Of a DNA stretch of 44,616 bases, positions 19,778 through 29,953 are shown piece after piece; within the stretch, counting starts at the first letter, position 1, and the number at the start of each line of letters is the position of its first letter. The stretch covers positions 1 to 44,616 of the forward strand of contig JBGSUI010000135.1 in NCBI GenBank assembly GCA_041736175.1, written 5' to 3'. The notes beneath the pieces were generated by a model, which was not told where the DNA came from, made no database searches, and worked only from the letters and a program-made list of their open reading frames with translations. A program made the translations under genes and the position numbers. Source of the stretch: Oligoflexales bacterium (lineage in GTDB: Bacteria; Bdellovibrionota_B; Oligoflexia; Oligoflexales; CAIYRB01).

Positions 19778-20469
19778 CGCAAAAAGTAACGCCCCTTTAT
19801 AAGACAAATCGAGGCCAACGGAGTTTCACGCTGATTGAAACAGTTGTAGCCTTGTCTCTGGTAACTTTTCTGGTGATTGAAGTGGCGGGCGTACAGGGGA
19901 ACTCTGTCGTCTTTTCAGAGTACAGTCGCAACGTCACCCAAGCTTCGTGGTTGGCCCGCAGAGTGATGGCGCAAATAGAATACTATTATCGTACAAAACC
20001 ATTTCTTGATTTGATTCATGAGGAAAAAGACGCAAAATTTGAAGACAATACTGAATACACATATTCCATTGATATCAAAGAGTGGAAGTTTCCCTTTATC
20101 CAACTACTCCAAAGCACCCTAGGAGGTGGAGGAGGTGATGGAGACAAAAACGATACCAAGGCAGAACGGGCAAAGAGCAGTGACAAAGGCATGGCACAAA
20201 TCCTAGAGCAGGTGGTCACTCAAATCTTTGGCAAAGAGCCCATATTTCTTATGGCAAATGTCAACGTCTATTGGCCAGAAGGCGCAGCGAGGGGGAGCAC
20301 CCAGCTTACCTACCTTCTTACAAATCAGGCAAAACTAGACGAATCTATTGGGTCGATGAAATCCATCTGGGACAAGATGATGGAGATGGAAAAAAAGCAA
20401 GGTAAGCCCCCTCCTCCTCCTAACAACACTGGGAAGCCGCCAGATCCCGTTCCGCCTCCTAACAAATAA
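19774..20469 (+). CDS. gspI: Minor pseudopilin GspI-like
   Basis: S|FTLIETVV prepilin-like site, VNVYW; ATGA overlap with gspH. Confidence 0.75.
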   Translation: MTQKVTPLYKTNRGQRSFTLIETVVALSLVTFLVIEVAGVQGNSVVFSEYSRNVTQASWLARRVMAQIEYYYRTKPFLDLIHEEKDAKFEDNTEYTYSIDIKEWKFPFIQLLQSTLGGGGGDGDKNDTKAERAKSSDKGMAQILEQVVTQIFGKEPIFLMANVNVYWPEGAARGSTQLTYLLTNQAKLDESIGSMKSIWDKMMEMEKKQGKPPPPPNNTGKPPDPVPPPNK

Positions 20470-20503
20470 GGAGATAAGGGGAGGGGTTTAAGGAGAGGGT
20501 TTG

Positions 20504-21265
20504 ATGAATGATCAAGTTACAACTAAAAAGTCTGGTGGGTTTAGCCTTCTCGAGGTGGTGATCACGATCGGGATTATGATGTCTTTGACACTGGCAGTCG
20601 CCTCCATGCTACGGTCAGGCTTTGATGTCAAAGCGGGGCTCTCAGAGAAATCAAAGATCCTCCATCGGATGACAGTCGTGATGGATAGAGTCAATAATGA
20701 CATCCAGCACACCTTCTATGTTTCAGCAAAAGACACGGTCAAAAATGGCATTGAGCGGAGCATGAAGTCCCTCTTTAAGATCGAGAAACGGGGGACATCG
20801 GATCGAATAGTCCTGACGACAAAAACCAATGTCCCGATGATCGCCGGGAGGTACGAGTCTGACCTGACGCTGGTTGTTTATGAGGTCAAAGATTCTACCT
20901 TGGCCGCGGGTCGTAAAGATCTGTATCGGGGGTCGACCCCCTATATCCCAAGCGATATCAGCGAAGATCCACCTATGCGGCTCTTGGCGCGGGATATCAA
21001 ATCCTTGGCCTTTGAATTTTGGGCTGGTGATCGCTGGTCTAAAGATCCCTGGGATACAGGCCGGGGTGATACTCGAAATCGGTTGCCCCATTTGGTTCGT
21101 CTAACTTTGGAAGCTTATTTGAATACACGGAGTGATGGGGATGGCTCCGATGTAAAAGTAGACGAGGCGGTGGAGACTTTGCAAACGGTGGTCTATATAC
21201 AAGACGCATGGGAGTACAGGGAGCTTAAGCCACAAGATAATTCGATAAAATGGAGTAATTTCTAA
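20504..21265 (+). CDS. gspJ: Minor pseudopilin GspJ-like
   Basis: G|FSLLEVVI, LPHLVRLTL C-terminal motif. Confidence 0.8.
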   Translation: MNDQVTTKKSGGFSLLEVVITIGIMMSLTLAVASMLRSGFDVKAGLSEKSKILHRMTVVMDRVNNDIQHTFYVSAKDTVKNGIERSMKSLFKIEKRGTSDRIVLTTKTNVPMIAGRYESDLTLVVYEVKDSTLAAGRKDLYRGSTPYIPSDISEDPPMRLLARDIKSLAFEFWAGDRWSKDPWDTGRGDTRNRLPHLVRLTLEAYLNTRSDGDGSDVKVDEAVETLQTVVYIQDAWEYRELKPQDNSIKWSNF

Positions 21266-21266
21266 G

Positions 21267-22538
21267 ATGCTATTAAAAAAGCGTTGGCGAGAATGGCGCA
21301 CCTGGACCCATTGGGGGTTTCCAGTCGGGCCTGAAACTCCTTTACAGCCTCAAAAGATTCGAAACCAGCGAGGGATCTCCCTATTAATCGCCATTATGAT
21401 CATCTCGATTATGATGCTCTTTACCAGCGATCTTATCTTAACCTCTCAGGTCAACATCACGCTCGCGGCCCACCAAAGGGACGGGGTTAAAGCTGAGTAT
21501 ATGGCAAAGTCTGGTCTTAATGTTGCCATCCTGCTCCTTTCATCGGATTTTGCCTATGATCTCTACCAAGCCCAACAAAATCCCCAGGCCCCAGGAACTT
21601 CTGATGGGCTGGCGGATATTTGGGGAGCCCTTAACGGATTTCCCATTGGCGGTGAAACGTTGGAGATGGCCGAGCAGTTTAAAGAAGAATTTGGACTAAG
21701 TGCTGTCATGGACAGTGGGATTATCGACCAGCTCAAGCTGATGGAGGGGATGTTTACTCTTCAGGTAAAAGATGAAGCGGGAAAGATCAACCTCAATAAC
21801 TGTTATCAGGGAAGGTGCCCCGAAATTTTGGCGATGCTAGAGGGTCTCCTGTCTTGTCCTGCAGAAAAACAATTTTTAGAACAAAAAAAGCTTAATCCCC
21901 AAGAGCTGGTCTACCGCATCAAGGATTATATCGACCAAGACAAGCGGGCTGAATCGGCGTCGGGCTATACGGACGAAAATGATCCTTATCTCCGTAGAAC
22001 TCCAAAGATGCAGGCTAAAAATGCACCACTGGATACGGTCGAAGAGCTGCGGGTGATCGAAGGGTGGGACGAGGAGGTTCACGCGGTTTTTGCTCCCTAT
22101 CTCACGGCTTTTCCTTTTGTGACCCAAAGCAATGATCGCACCAAGCTCCGGCTCAATATCAATACCGCTTCCAGGAGCCTGCTCCAATGTCTCTTTCCTG
22201 AGGCTCGTGGTGATTGTGCGGAAAAAGTCGCGATCGGGTTAGCCCAAAGGGATCGGGAACAAACCCCTTTTGCGATCCCGGGAGTCAATATGAAAGATGT
22301 GTTACGGGACCAACTCTGTTATACCGGAGGTGGAGGAGGTTCTGGAGGTGGTGGAGGTGCGGAAGGAGGCGACAAAACCGATTGGTTTAGACGGTGGAGT
22401 ATGATCTATAGGGTTGAGGTTGAAGGGAGTTCTGGAGATAGTTCAAAAAAACTTGAAGCTGTCATTGAACGGGTGATGCCAGATATTAAGAAAAACAAAG
22501 AAGCGACTTTTAGAATCCTTTATTGGAAGCTGATTTGA
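21267..22538 (+). CDS. gspK: Minor pseudopilin GspK
   Basis: RG|ISLLIA (no E5), DEAGKINLN, IKDYIDQD, LDTVEELRVIEG, LNINTAS. Confidence 0.92.
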   Translation: MLLKKRWREWRTWTHWGFPVGPETPLQPQKIRNQRGISLLIAIMIISIMMLFTSDLILTSQVNITLAAHQRDGVKAEYMAKSGLNVAILLLSSDFAYDLYQAQQNPQAPGTSDGLADIWGALNGFPIGGETLEMAEQFKEEFGLSAVMDSGIIDQLKLMEGMFTLQVKDEAGKINLNNCYQGRCPEILAMLEGLLSCPAEKQFLEQKKLNPQELVYRIKDYIDQDKRAESASGYTDENDPYLRRTPKMQAKNAPLDTVEELRVIEGWDEEVHAVFAPYLTAFPFVTQSNDRTKLRLNINTASRSLLQCLFPEARGDCAEKVAIGLAQRDREQTPFAIPGVNMKDVLRDQLCYTGGGGGSGGGGGAEGGDKTDWFRRWSMIYRVEVEGSSGDSSKKLEAVIERVMPDIKKNKEATFRILYWKLI

Positions 22539-22597
22539 CTTTTGATGAGTTGGCCTGAGATCATGATCATAGACGATGGAGAAGGAGACGGCTAGGT

Positions 22598-24268
22598 ATG
22601 CAGAGGGTGATTGGCCTTGACATCGGTAGCTATTCGATCAAAGCCGTCGAGATCGTCAATACGTTTAAATCTTACGAAATTGCAAATTTCTACGAAAATG
22701 TGATTCCTATCTTAGAGGATGTCGACCCAGATGTCGTAATCCCGGCCTGTATGGAGCAACTCTTTCTCGAAAACAGCCTCAAGGCCGATCGCATTATAAC
22801 GGCGATGCCAGGCCAATATATTTCAAGTCGGGTGATGTCCTTTGGTTTTAGCGATCCAAGGAAAATCGAAGCGGCGATCTACTCTGAGTTAGAAGATGCC
22901 GTCCCTTTTGATATGGACGACATGATTGTCGACCACCAAATCCTCGGGACCAAAGAAGGCCAGACGGTTACCTTGGCTGTTATGACCCGTAAGACATTTT
23001 TACGGAGTTTTCTCGAACATTTGCAGAGAATCAATATCGATCCTAAATTAGTGGATGTTGATTCTTTGGCGTTTTATAACTTAGCTTCCCATATGAATTT
23101 GCCCCCTGGTGAATGCTTGGGTCTTATTGATGTGGGTCACGAAAAAACCTCAGTCTGTATCGTACAAGATGGGGTGCTGCGTATGTTTCGGTCCATAAAC
23201 CTGGGAGGACGGTATCTCACCGAGTTTTTGGCCCGGGATCTCGAAACAAATTTTAGTGAGGCCCAAAGAGTTAAGCACAGGGTCTCTAGGATTATATGTG
23301 ATGGGGACCAGGCTGCGGATATCACCGGCGAAGACAAACTGGTGGTGGAGCGTCTCACGCTGGCGTGCAACTCAATTGTAAAGGAGTTAGGGAGGACCTT
23401 TTACGCTTTTAAAAACTGGGAGAAATCCCCTATCTCTCACCTCTGGATATCTGGGGGAACTAGTCGGATTTTAAACTTTGACCGCTATCTTTCTGAGCAG
23501 CTCGAAATCCCTGTAGAAATCAACCGTTTAGACCGAAGCACCCTCAAGCTCAATCCTGACCTCCAGCAATACATGGGAATCATGCCCCAGAGTGTTGCTA
23601 TCGGGATGAGAGCTGTGACGACTATGAAGCGACATTCCCAAATCAATCTCAGACGGGGTGAGTTTGCGTTTGTTCAAAACTACGAGTCTTTGCTTAAGGG
23701 AGCGACCATTGCCTTTAAGATCGTTTCCGTTGCTCTCTTTTTGTTAAGTATCAGCTATGGAGTCAAATATTTCTTTTATAAGCGCCAGATTGATGTGTTA
23801 GAGGCGCAGTTTACGAAAGAGTATCAGAGCATCTTCCCGGCAGCAAAAGCGGCTGCTGGAGTCAAGACGACATTTCAAAAACAGAAATCGGATGCTTTTC
23901 TCAAACTTCAAAAAGAAATCACCAGTCGTCAGTCAGCGATTGGGACCTTTATTTCGGAAAACTCTGCAAGTCCAAGCCTCAAAATTCTCCAGGCCCTTTC
24001 AGAGGGTATTGCGAAAGATCTTAAGATTGAGGTCACCCTATTTCAGTACAACAGTATACCCGGAGGATCGGGAAAGCTGGTCTTAAGGGGCGAAACCGAG
24101 AGCTATGCGATGGCTGAGGGAATCCTTGACGCCATGAAAAAAATCAAGATTTTAAAGAATGTTGAGCAAAAGCAATCTGGACCAAAACCTGGCACTGATA
24201 ATAAGGTGATTGAGTTTACGATCCATGGCGACTTCGATAACAACATGGTGGACCAGCCAAAGACCTAA
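22598..24268 (+). CDS. gspL: GspL-type protein (PilM-like actin fold + TM + PilN-like domain)
   Basis: IGLDIGSYSIK, IDVGHEKT, ISGGTS, INL motif before a TM helix, LVLRGET; lies between gspK and gspM. Confidence 0.85.
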   Translation: MQRVIGLDIGSYSIKAVEIVNTFKSYEIANFYENVIPILEDVDPDVVIPACMEQLFLENSLKADRIITAMPGQYISSRVMSFGFSDPRKIEAAIYSELEDAVPFDMDDMIVDHQILGTKEGQTVTLAVMTRKTFLRSFLEHLQRINIDPKLVDVDSLAFYNLASHMNLPPGECLGLIDVGHEKTSVCIVQDGVLRMFRSINLGGRYLTEFLARDLETNFSEAQRVKHRVSRIICDGDQAADITGEDKLVVERLTLACNSIVKELGRTFYAFKNWEKSPISHLWISGGTSRILNFDRYLSEQLEIPVEINRLDRSTLKLNPDLQQYMGIMPQSVAIGMRAVTTMKRHSQINLRRGEFAFVQNYESLLKGATIAFKIVSVALFLLSISYGVKYFFYKRQIDVLEAQFTKEYQSIFPAAKAAAGVKTTFQKQKSDAFLKLQKEITSRQSAIGTFISENSASPSLKILQALSEGIAKDLKIEVTLFQYNSIPGGSGKLVLRGETESYAMAEGILDAMKKIKILKNVEQKQSGPKPGTDNKVIEFTIHGDFDNNMVDQPKT

Positions 24269-24315
24269 TGATTCCGAAAGCAGTCTTGGACAAAATCTTT
24301 TGAGGAATAGAGTGC

Positions 24316-24972
24316 ATGAGCGTTATCTTAAATGCCTTTGAGCAATTGAAAGGCAACATCAATAGTGCTGTGGTGACTGTCCGAAGGCAGGTCCTAGGTG
24401 CCAATAACGAGCGCCTCGACTTTTTTATGGATAGCTTTTACAAGCTGTCTCCTGAGCAACGGATGGGTGTTCTCGCAGGTGTTGTCGGTGTGATCGCCCT
24501 TTTTGTGTTCAGTGCCCTTATGTTGTATTTCGCCCAGGTCACAAGACTACGGACCGACCTTAATGATGGGTTTGCGGCTCTTCATGAATTGAAACAGCTT
24601 CGGGTTGCTTACGAGGTGGAAAATAAAAATTATGAAAAACTCGTAGAGACCGTCCAACGAAGGGCTAAGCAGATGAGTCTTAAGCCTTTTTTCGAAAAAA
24701 TAGCCAACGATCTCGGTGTAACAATCGAGGGAATTAGCGACCAAAAAGTTCCCTTAGCTGCCGAAAATCCCCTTAGCGACAAGCTCCAAGAAATCAGAGT
24801 CGAGATGCGACTGCCTAATATCTCGATCCCAAGACTTTTGAACTTTGTCGTAGAAATCGAGAAATCTGGAAAATATCTCAAAGTCCAAGACCTACAGATT
24901 CGAGCCCGATACGGTACGAAACTGTTTTTTGATGGCCAAATCAAAGTGCGGGGCTATGATGTCAGCCGCTGA
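24316..24972 (+). CDS. gspM: T2SS GspM-like protein
   Basis: FYKLSPEQR + TM + coiled coil + ISIPRLLNFVVEIE ferredoxin-like domain. Confidence 0.8.
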   Translation: MSVILNAFEQLKGNINSAVVTVRRQVLGANNERLDFFMDSFYKLSPEQRMGVLAGVVGVIALFVFSALMLYFAQVTRLRTDLNDGFAALHELKQLRVAYEVENKNYEKLVETVQRRAKQMSLKPFFEKIANDLGVTIEGISDQKVPLAAENPLSDKLQEIRVEMRLPNISIPRLLNFVVEIEKSGKYLKVQDLQIRARYGTKLFFDGQIKVRGYDVSR

Positions 24973-25981
24973 ACGGTTTCTCCAGAAAATGACTGCAAGG
25001 GCTGGATTTTCCAAACGCCTTGGGACCAGCAAAAACTCAGGAACGACCCTTTCAAAGGCTCGCCAGTATGTTCTTTTGGTCGCTCTGTTTTTTACGAGTT
25101 TTCTGGGTTTTCTCTATGTGACTTTTCCCTACGAAGTCTTGAAGGAAGCTTTATCGATTGAGATTGGCAAAATATCGGGATACGAAGTTCGTATAGGGGA
25201 TATGAGCCCTAGTTTTCCCCTGGGTTTGGCTCTCGACAAAGTCGTCATCTCTAAATCCGGTGCCCCTAAAGGGCTAACTCTATACAAGATAAAAGTAAAG
25301 ATCTCACTTTTGAGTTTTTTAGTGGGGAGGATTGCTCCTTCCTTAGAGGTTAAATCAAAAAAGGGGTCCCTAGAGATCGACGTCAGCCTTGGGCTTTTTA
25401 GCCTGATCGGTGGCCAGGTTGAACCCCGTCATGCAGCATTGAATGCGGTCAATTTTCCGCTCGATGAGATTTTTTCTTTTATCTTAGGCGCCGTTTCCAG
25501 CGGGCCCTCTGCAGATCCCTTAGTTGGCCCCTTTTTACAGAATCTGGCGGTCTCCGGATCCCTTGATGGTGGGTTAGAATTTGAGCTAGACACCAAAAAT
25601 CCCACCCAATCTCTCGGAAAAATGGATTTAGCCCTCAAAAATGCGGTTTTGAAGTTAGATCATGATTCCCTAGGTTTTCCCAATCTCGTGTTTAAGCCTG
25701 CCGGCATCAAAGCTAAAATTCAAAGTGGATCGATCGTATTTGATGAATCCTCTGGTTTTTATTCTGACGATCTAAAGATCCATATCGCAGGCTCTATTAT
25801 GCTAAAGCCAGATCCAGCTAAGTCCCAGCTTGATCTGAGGTTTCTAATCCAGCTAGATAAGGGTCTCAAAGAAAAAATAGGTTTTGTCCTCGATGCCATC
25901 CGTGGAACCGCGACGGCAGACGGCAAACTAACGGTGCAGCTACGGGGAGCTGTAGGTCAACCGGTCGTGAATAACTTCTAG
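24956..25981 (+). CDS. gspN: T2SS GspN-like protein
   Basis: TM ending LYVTFPYE, beta-rich body, C-terminal LRGAVGQP; last gene of the gsp order; start uncertain. Confidence 0.8.
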   Translation: MMSAAERFLQKMTARAGFSKRLGTSKNSGTTLSKARQYVLLVALFFTSFLGFLYVTFPYEVLKEALSIEIGKISGYEVRIGDMSPSFPLGLALDKVVISKSGAPKGLTLYKIKVKISLLSFLVGRIAPSLEVKSKKGSLEIDVSLGLFSLIGGQVEPRHAALNAVNFPLDEIFSFILGAVSSGPSADPLVGPFLQNLAVSGSLDGGLEFELDTKNPTQSLGKMDLALKNAVLKLDHDSLGFPNLVFKPAGIKAKIQSGSIVFDESSGFYSDDLKIHIAGSIMLKPDPAKSQLDLRFLIQLDKGLKEKIGFVLDAIRGTATADGKLTVQLRGAVGQPVVNNF

Positions 25982-26163
25982 GCGAACTTAACGGTTAGAT
26001 CTATTGATTATGACTCTATAAATCAGAGATCGATGATCTTTAATTCGACTTCTTAGATGCCAATCAGGGCGAGGCTCTACAAACCTTTTTTGACAGGTCT
26101 TCCATGGATGGCTTAAAATAACAGAAAGACATCCCCACAATTTGCATAAAAAAATGTAAGGCT

Positions 26164-26544
26164 TTGAAGGTGGAAGACATAATAACCAGGTCTCAGCTTA
26201 TCCTCAAGATCTACTGCCAAAGAACCCAGGCGGCCATTGATCTTTTTAATGCACAAAAGATCGCCGAGGCGATCAAAACCCTGAGACTTCGCAATGCAGC
26301 CTTCCACAATTTTCGAGTCGTGGAACACCTTGCAAAAAAAGCCAACCTTAATCTCACATTGGACCCCACCTTAAAGGATCTGTTCCAAGACTTACAGCGT
26401 CTCGAACAAGAACTCCTCCCCCTTGCAGAAGATTACAAATCCAAGATTCAGCTCCAAGCGAGCCGCCTCTCTGAGGCTCGTCGTAAGATAAATGGCTATC
26501 ATTCCGGGATAAAAGGCGAGGGGCAAATCAGAAACGTGGCCTAA
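26164..26544 (+). CDS. Small helical hypothetical protein (possibly FliT/FlgN-like)
   Basis: 126-aa coiled-coil ORF ending RRKINGYH; TTG start uncertain. Confidence 0.5.
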   Translation: MKVEDIITRSQLILKIYCQRTQAAIDLFNAQKIAEAIKTLRLRNAAFHNFRVVEHLAKKANLNLTLDPTLKDLFQDLQRLEQELLPLAEDYKSKIQLQASRLSEARRKINGYHSGIKGEGQIRNVA

Positions 26545-26583
26545 AACATTTGGCCAGTCATACTCTATTTAGGAGACTTCAAC

Positions 26584-28431
26584 ATGGCGTCGGTAGGTAA
26601 CAAAAAACGGTTGGCCTTGGTTTATGGAAACCTACCTACCGTCGAAGAGATCGACCAATTTATGTTGGTGGCCGATGAATATGATATCTCTGTGATTTCA
26701 TCTGAATCGATCTGCGGGTACTTGACTCAAAATAGCTACTTTCAAAACTTGCCTTGTATTGCCCTGCCCGATTACGAAGAAAACACCACTTATCTGCCAG
26801 GTTTAGAAGGGGCCCTAAAAAACTTTGACTTGGTCATCATCAAAGAACGGCTGGGGATGTATGCATACCAGTCTGTTAAATCCAAGTGGCGCAATCGATT
26901 TAGACTCCTTTGCTGGGTGGATAATGCTGTGACTTATCCTGGTGAAGATATTAAAATGATGCGAACAGTCCGGGCTGAGGTGTCAGGAGCAGCGGATGGA
27001 TTTATTGTCCAAAGTGATGCCGTGAAACAGGCATTGACACTTGAGGGAATTGAGCCAGCGAGGCTCCAAACATTTGTTCCATGGGTCGAAGTTCGTTTCG
27101 AAAAAAACCCTAAATCTCGCGGCGAAGCCCTGAAAAAGCTGGGTCTTGGCGATACCGATTTTGTCGTCTCCCATTTTGGCCAAATTGAATGGGAAGAAGG
27201 CCTTCTGGATCTGCTTCATGGTATTAAACTGCTACAAGTTGATGACCCAACCCTTGCAGATCGCATTAAAGTCATCCTTTGCGGCATCGGTAGCTTTTCC
27301 ACAGAACTTCGGGACCGCGCTGTTCAGCTTGGACTCGAGCGGCAGATCCTTTATATCGCTCCAAACAGAGAGGCCGTGCAGACGACCCTCGCAGGATCTG
27401 ATTGTATGTTTTATTCGGTCATCCCTTCCCGTGACCGCATCGACGCTGAGCCCTATCGTTTGCTGACGGCCATGTCTGTCGGTCTTCCTGTGATCGGACC
27501 TCGGGGGGTATTAACCCAAGAGATGATAGGAAAACATCGATTTGACTATTGCTCGGGATCGCCACAGAGTCTGATTGAAGCCATTAAAAAAGCAGCCTAT
27601 TCTAAAGTCCTACGAGAGGACATGGCTCATAAATGCAAAGCTTCTCTCAAAGACCTGAAAACCAAAGCACAAACCCAGATGCACACTCTGTTAAACAGCG
27701 TCTTTAACGAAGCCGTTGTGGTTGACCCTAATGCACTCGATCACCAGATTGTCGAAGTGGAGACTTTGGTCAACAACAAACAATACATCCAAGCTATCGA
27801 TCTTATTGAGTCGATCTTTAAACTGAGTGAAATTCCCGTCTATCACAGAGCTAACCTTTACCGACTGATTGGCGATAGCTTTACTAAACTGGGAGATGGT
27901 GATGCTGGGAAAAACGCCTACATGCAATCCATCGAACTAGATTCCTACGCTCCCAAGTCATTTATTGGTTTAGGGACGGTTGCTCTCACCAAACAAAATT
28001 ACGAAAGTGCCGTCCTTCAGTTCCAAAAAGCTATCAGTCTAGCGCCCGATGATGAAATGGCCAACCTAGGACTAGGATTAGCCTTCCAGGGAATGGGCGA
28101 ATTTAATGAAGCCACCAAATGGGTCGTTAAATCTCTCGATCTTCGTCCCGACAACACAGTTGCACTCTATACGTTGGTTCAGATTTCCTATGATCGAAAT
28201 ATTTATGACGAAGCTGAAAAGGCGCTCACTAAACATGTGACTCTCCACCCTGGGGACCACAATATGCTCTACACCTTGGGTGCCGTACGCTTTAAAGCTG
28301 GGATGATGGAGCCTGCTCTTGAGGTCGCCCAAAGGATCCTCGCGACAGATCCCTATAATGATCGTGCTCTGGCCCTTAGGGAGCAAATTGAACACAGTCT
28401 TTCTATCAAAGCGGAAACCTTTAATGGCTGA
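26584..28431 (+). CDS. GT4-like glycosyltransferase domain fused to C-terminal TPR repeats
   Basis: AGGAG RBS; HFGQIEWEEG, ILCGIG, AMSVGLPVI; about six TPR motifs in the last ~220 aa. Confidence 0.8.
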   Translation: MASVGNKKRLALVYGNLPTVEEIDQFMLVADEYDISVISSESICGYLTQNSYFQNLPCIALPDYEENTTYLPGLEGALKNFDLVIIKERLGMYAYQSVKSKWRNRFRLLCWVDNAVTYPGEDIKMMRTVRAEVSGAADGFIVQSDAVKQALTLEGIEPARLQTFVPWVEVRFEKNPKSRGEALKKLGLGDTDFVVSHFGQIEWEEGLLDLLHGIKLLQVDDPTLADRIKVILCGIGSFSTELRDRAVQLGLERQILYIAPNREAVQTTLAGSDCMFYSVIPSRDRIDAEPYRLLTAMSVGLPVIGPRGVLTQEMIGKHRFDYCSGSPQSLIEAIKKAAYSKVLREDMAHKCKASLKDLKTKAQTQMHTLLNSVFNEAVVVDPNALDHQIVEVETLVNNKQYIQAIDLIESIFKLSEIPVYHRANLYRLIGDSFTKLGDGDAGKNAYMQSIELDSYAPKSFIGLGTVALTKQNYESAVLQFQKAISLAPDDEMANLGLGLAFQGMGEFNEATKWVVKSLDLRPDNTVALYTLVQISYDRNIYDEAEKALTKHVTLHPGDHNMLYTLGAVRFKAGMMEPALEVAQRILATDPYNDRALALREQIEHSLSIKAETFNG

Positions 28432-29071
28432 TACACTCCTTAAAAAAGTTATAATCAACGGCAAGGTTATCCCAATCCCAGTGCCTATCTCCACTTTAGG
28501 AGCGGCCCTGGACTGGGTGCAAGCCACCCTGGTTCCGGAAGGGCACACGATTACTAGGATTAATGTCAATGATATACCCATGGCTGATGAGGATCTCGAC
28601 CTCAAAGGTCCCTGCAGCAGCGCGACTAAGCTCGAACTCCAGGTGGATTCTCCTACCGAGCTTTCCATCCAAACCTTGGATGCCATGCTTAATCTTTCGA
28701 TAGCGATTCTTGCTAAGATGAAGCCGCTAGCGGTCCAGTGCTGGCAGGCAAAACCCGTTGAAAAACCAAAAGAGCTGGATCCTGTTGCCGAGGATCTGGA
28801 CCTGGTCGCGGATTTGATCGATCACATTGCAGGCCTCTTGGTCGAATTGCAAGTAGATCCGGCCCCCATTCAGGGGATTGAGACACTGCTCCGCAAGGCC
28901 CTTGTTGGGCTGGGGATGGCGCGCTCTAACAGTGATTGGAAGGCCTATGCTCGTCAACTCCTCAATCGGGTAGAGCCCCTGCTTAAAGACCTCAACAACG
29001 AGACTGAGTCATTGATGATGCAGATGGCGCAGGTTAACCGGCTGGCAATGACGGGCGAAAATAAATCTTGA
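28424..29071 (+). CDS. Hypothetical protein
   Basis: ATG overlapping the upstream stop; small beta N-domain (VIING, ITRINVND) followed by a helical bundle. Confidence 0.75.
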   Translation: MADTLLKKVIINGKVIPIPVPISTLGAALDWVQATLVPEGHTITRINVNDIPMADEDLDLKGPCSSATKLELQVDSPTELSIQTLDAMLNLSIAILAKMKPLAVQCWQAKPVEKPKELDPVAEDLDLVADLIDHIAGLLVELQVDPAPIQGIETLLRKALVGLGMARSNSDWKAYARQLLNRVEPLLKDLNNETESLMMQMAQVNRLAMTGENKS

Positions 29072-29122
29072 TTTAGGGCTGGTACCCCATTGCCAAGATT
29101 TTAGTATGATGGCTTTTTGCGG

Positions 29123-29803
29123 TTATTTTTGCAGAACTCCATCATGGCGCATCTGTTGGGCCGAAATAGCAAAGACGACGGCTTCGGCGATATGGCAGGC
29201 AATATCGGCAATGCTTTCCAACTTATTGGTGACCAAGGTGGCAACAAGACCGGTTTCCACATCGACTTTTCCCGAACGGACCTCGCGGATCGTCAGCGCG
29301 TAGGCTTGGTCCTGGAGAGCGTCCACAAAATCATCTAAATCAGGGATTTTCATGGCGAGTTGCTGGTCATTTTTTTGCCAGGCCTGGATGGCTTTTTGGA
29401 GAATATCTCTAGATTTTTCAGTCATTGCAATGATAATGCCCATAGCCTCTGGAAACTCGACATTGATCTTTGGTCCGTCCCCCATATGGCGAGCCACATA
29501 TTCGACACAGTCGCCGATGCGTTCAAGATTGCGGGCGATATCTAAGGCGCTCAAAACAAAACGAAAATCAGGCCCTAACGGCGCTCGTAATTCCATAAAG
29601 CTTTTGCCTAAGCGCCCGAAACTCATCTCTAAAGCGTCGATATCTTTGTCTTTTTTTACAATCTCCCTGAGTTCATGGGTGTTGTTGGCGCTTAAAGCGA
29701 GTTCGAGACGGCCAATCTGGTCCAAAACCGCAAAGGCCAGACGCTCTAAGGATAAACGAAGGTTATTGAATTCAGTGCTGGTTGTGAGAATGTCTTTTTT
29801 CAT
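29123..29803 (-). CDS. phoU: Phosphate signalling protein PhoU
   Basis: DKDIDALE, DFRFV, NLERIGD, LDDFVD, KLESIAD...HIAE; two PhoU repeats. Confidence 0.9.
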   Translation of the reverse strand: MKKDILTTSTEFNNLRLSLERLAFAVLDQIGRLELALSANNTHELREIVKKDKDIDALEMSFGRLGKSFMELRAPLGPDFRFVLSALDIARNLERIGDCVEYVARHMGDGPKINVEFPEAMGIIIAMTEKSRDILQKAIQAWQKNDQQLAMKIPDLDDFVDALQDQAYALTIREVRSGKVDVETGLVATLVTNKLESIADIACHIAEAVVFAISAQQMRHDGVLQK

Positions 29804-29953
29804 GATTTCCCCCTCTTTGCTAGCTCCTATGAGGGGCCATAAACCCTACTCTAGAGGGAATTACGATAACTAATTTCTTAAGTTTTGTCTTTACCTATCC
29901 GATCCCCTAACGTGGCCCCCAGAAGGAAACTTAAATCATCGTAGGCAGCAACC

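Noticed and set aside
15181..25981. Cluster as a type IV pilus system because of the PilM-like gene
   Set aside because: GspC-PDZ, a GspD-type secretin, GspG/GspK signatures and GspN, with no PilT, indicate a T2SS
29080..29094. TGGTACCCCATTGC as a sigma54 promoter
   Set aside because: GG-N9-GC spacing is wrong and it lies between convergent genes
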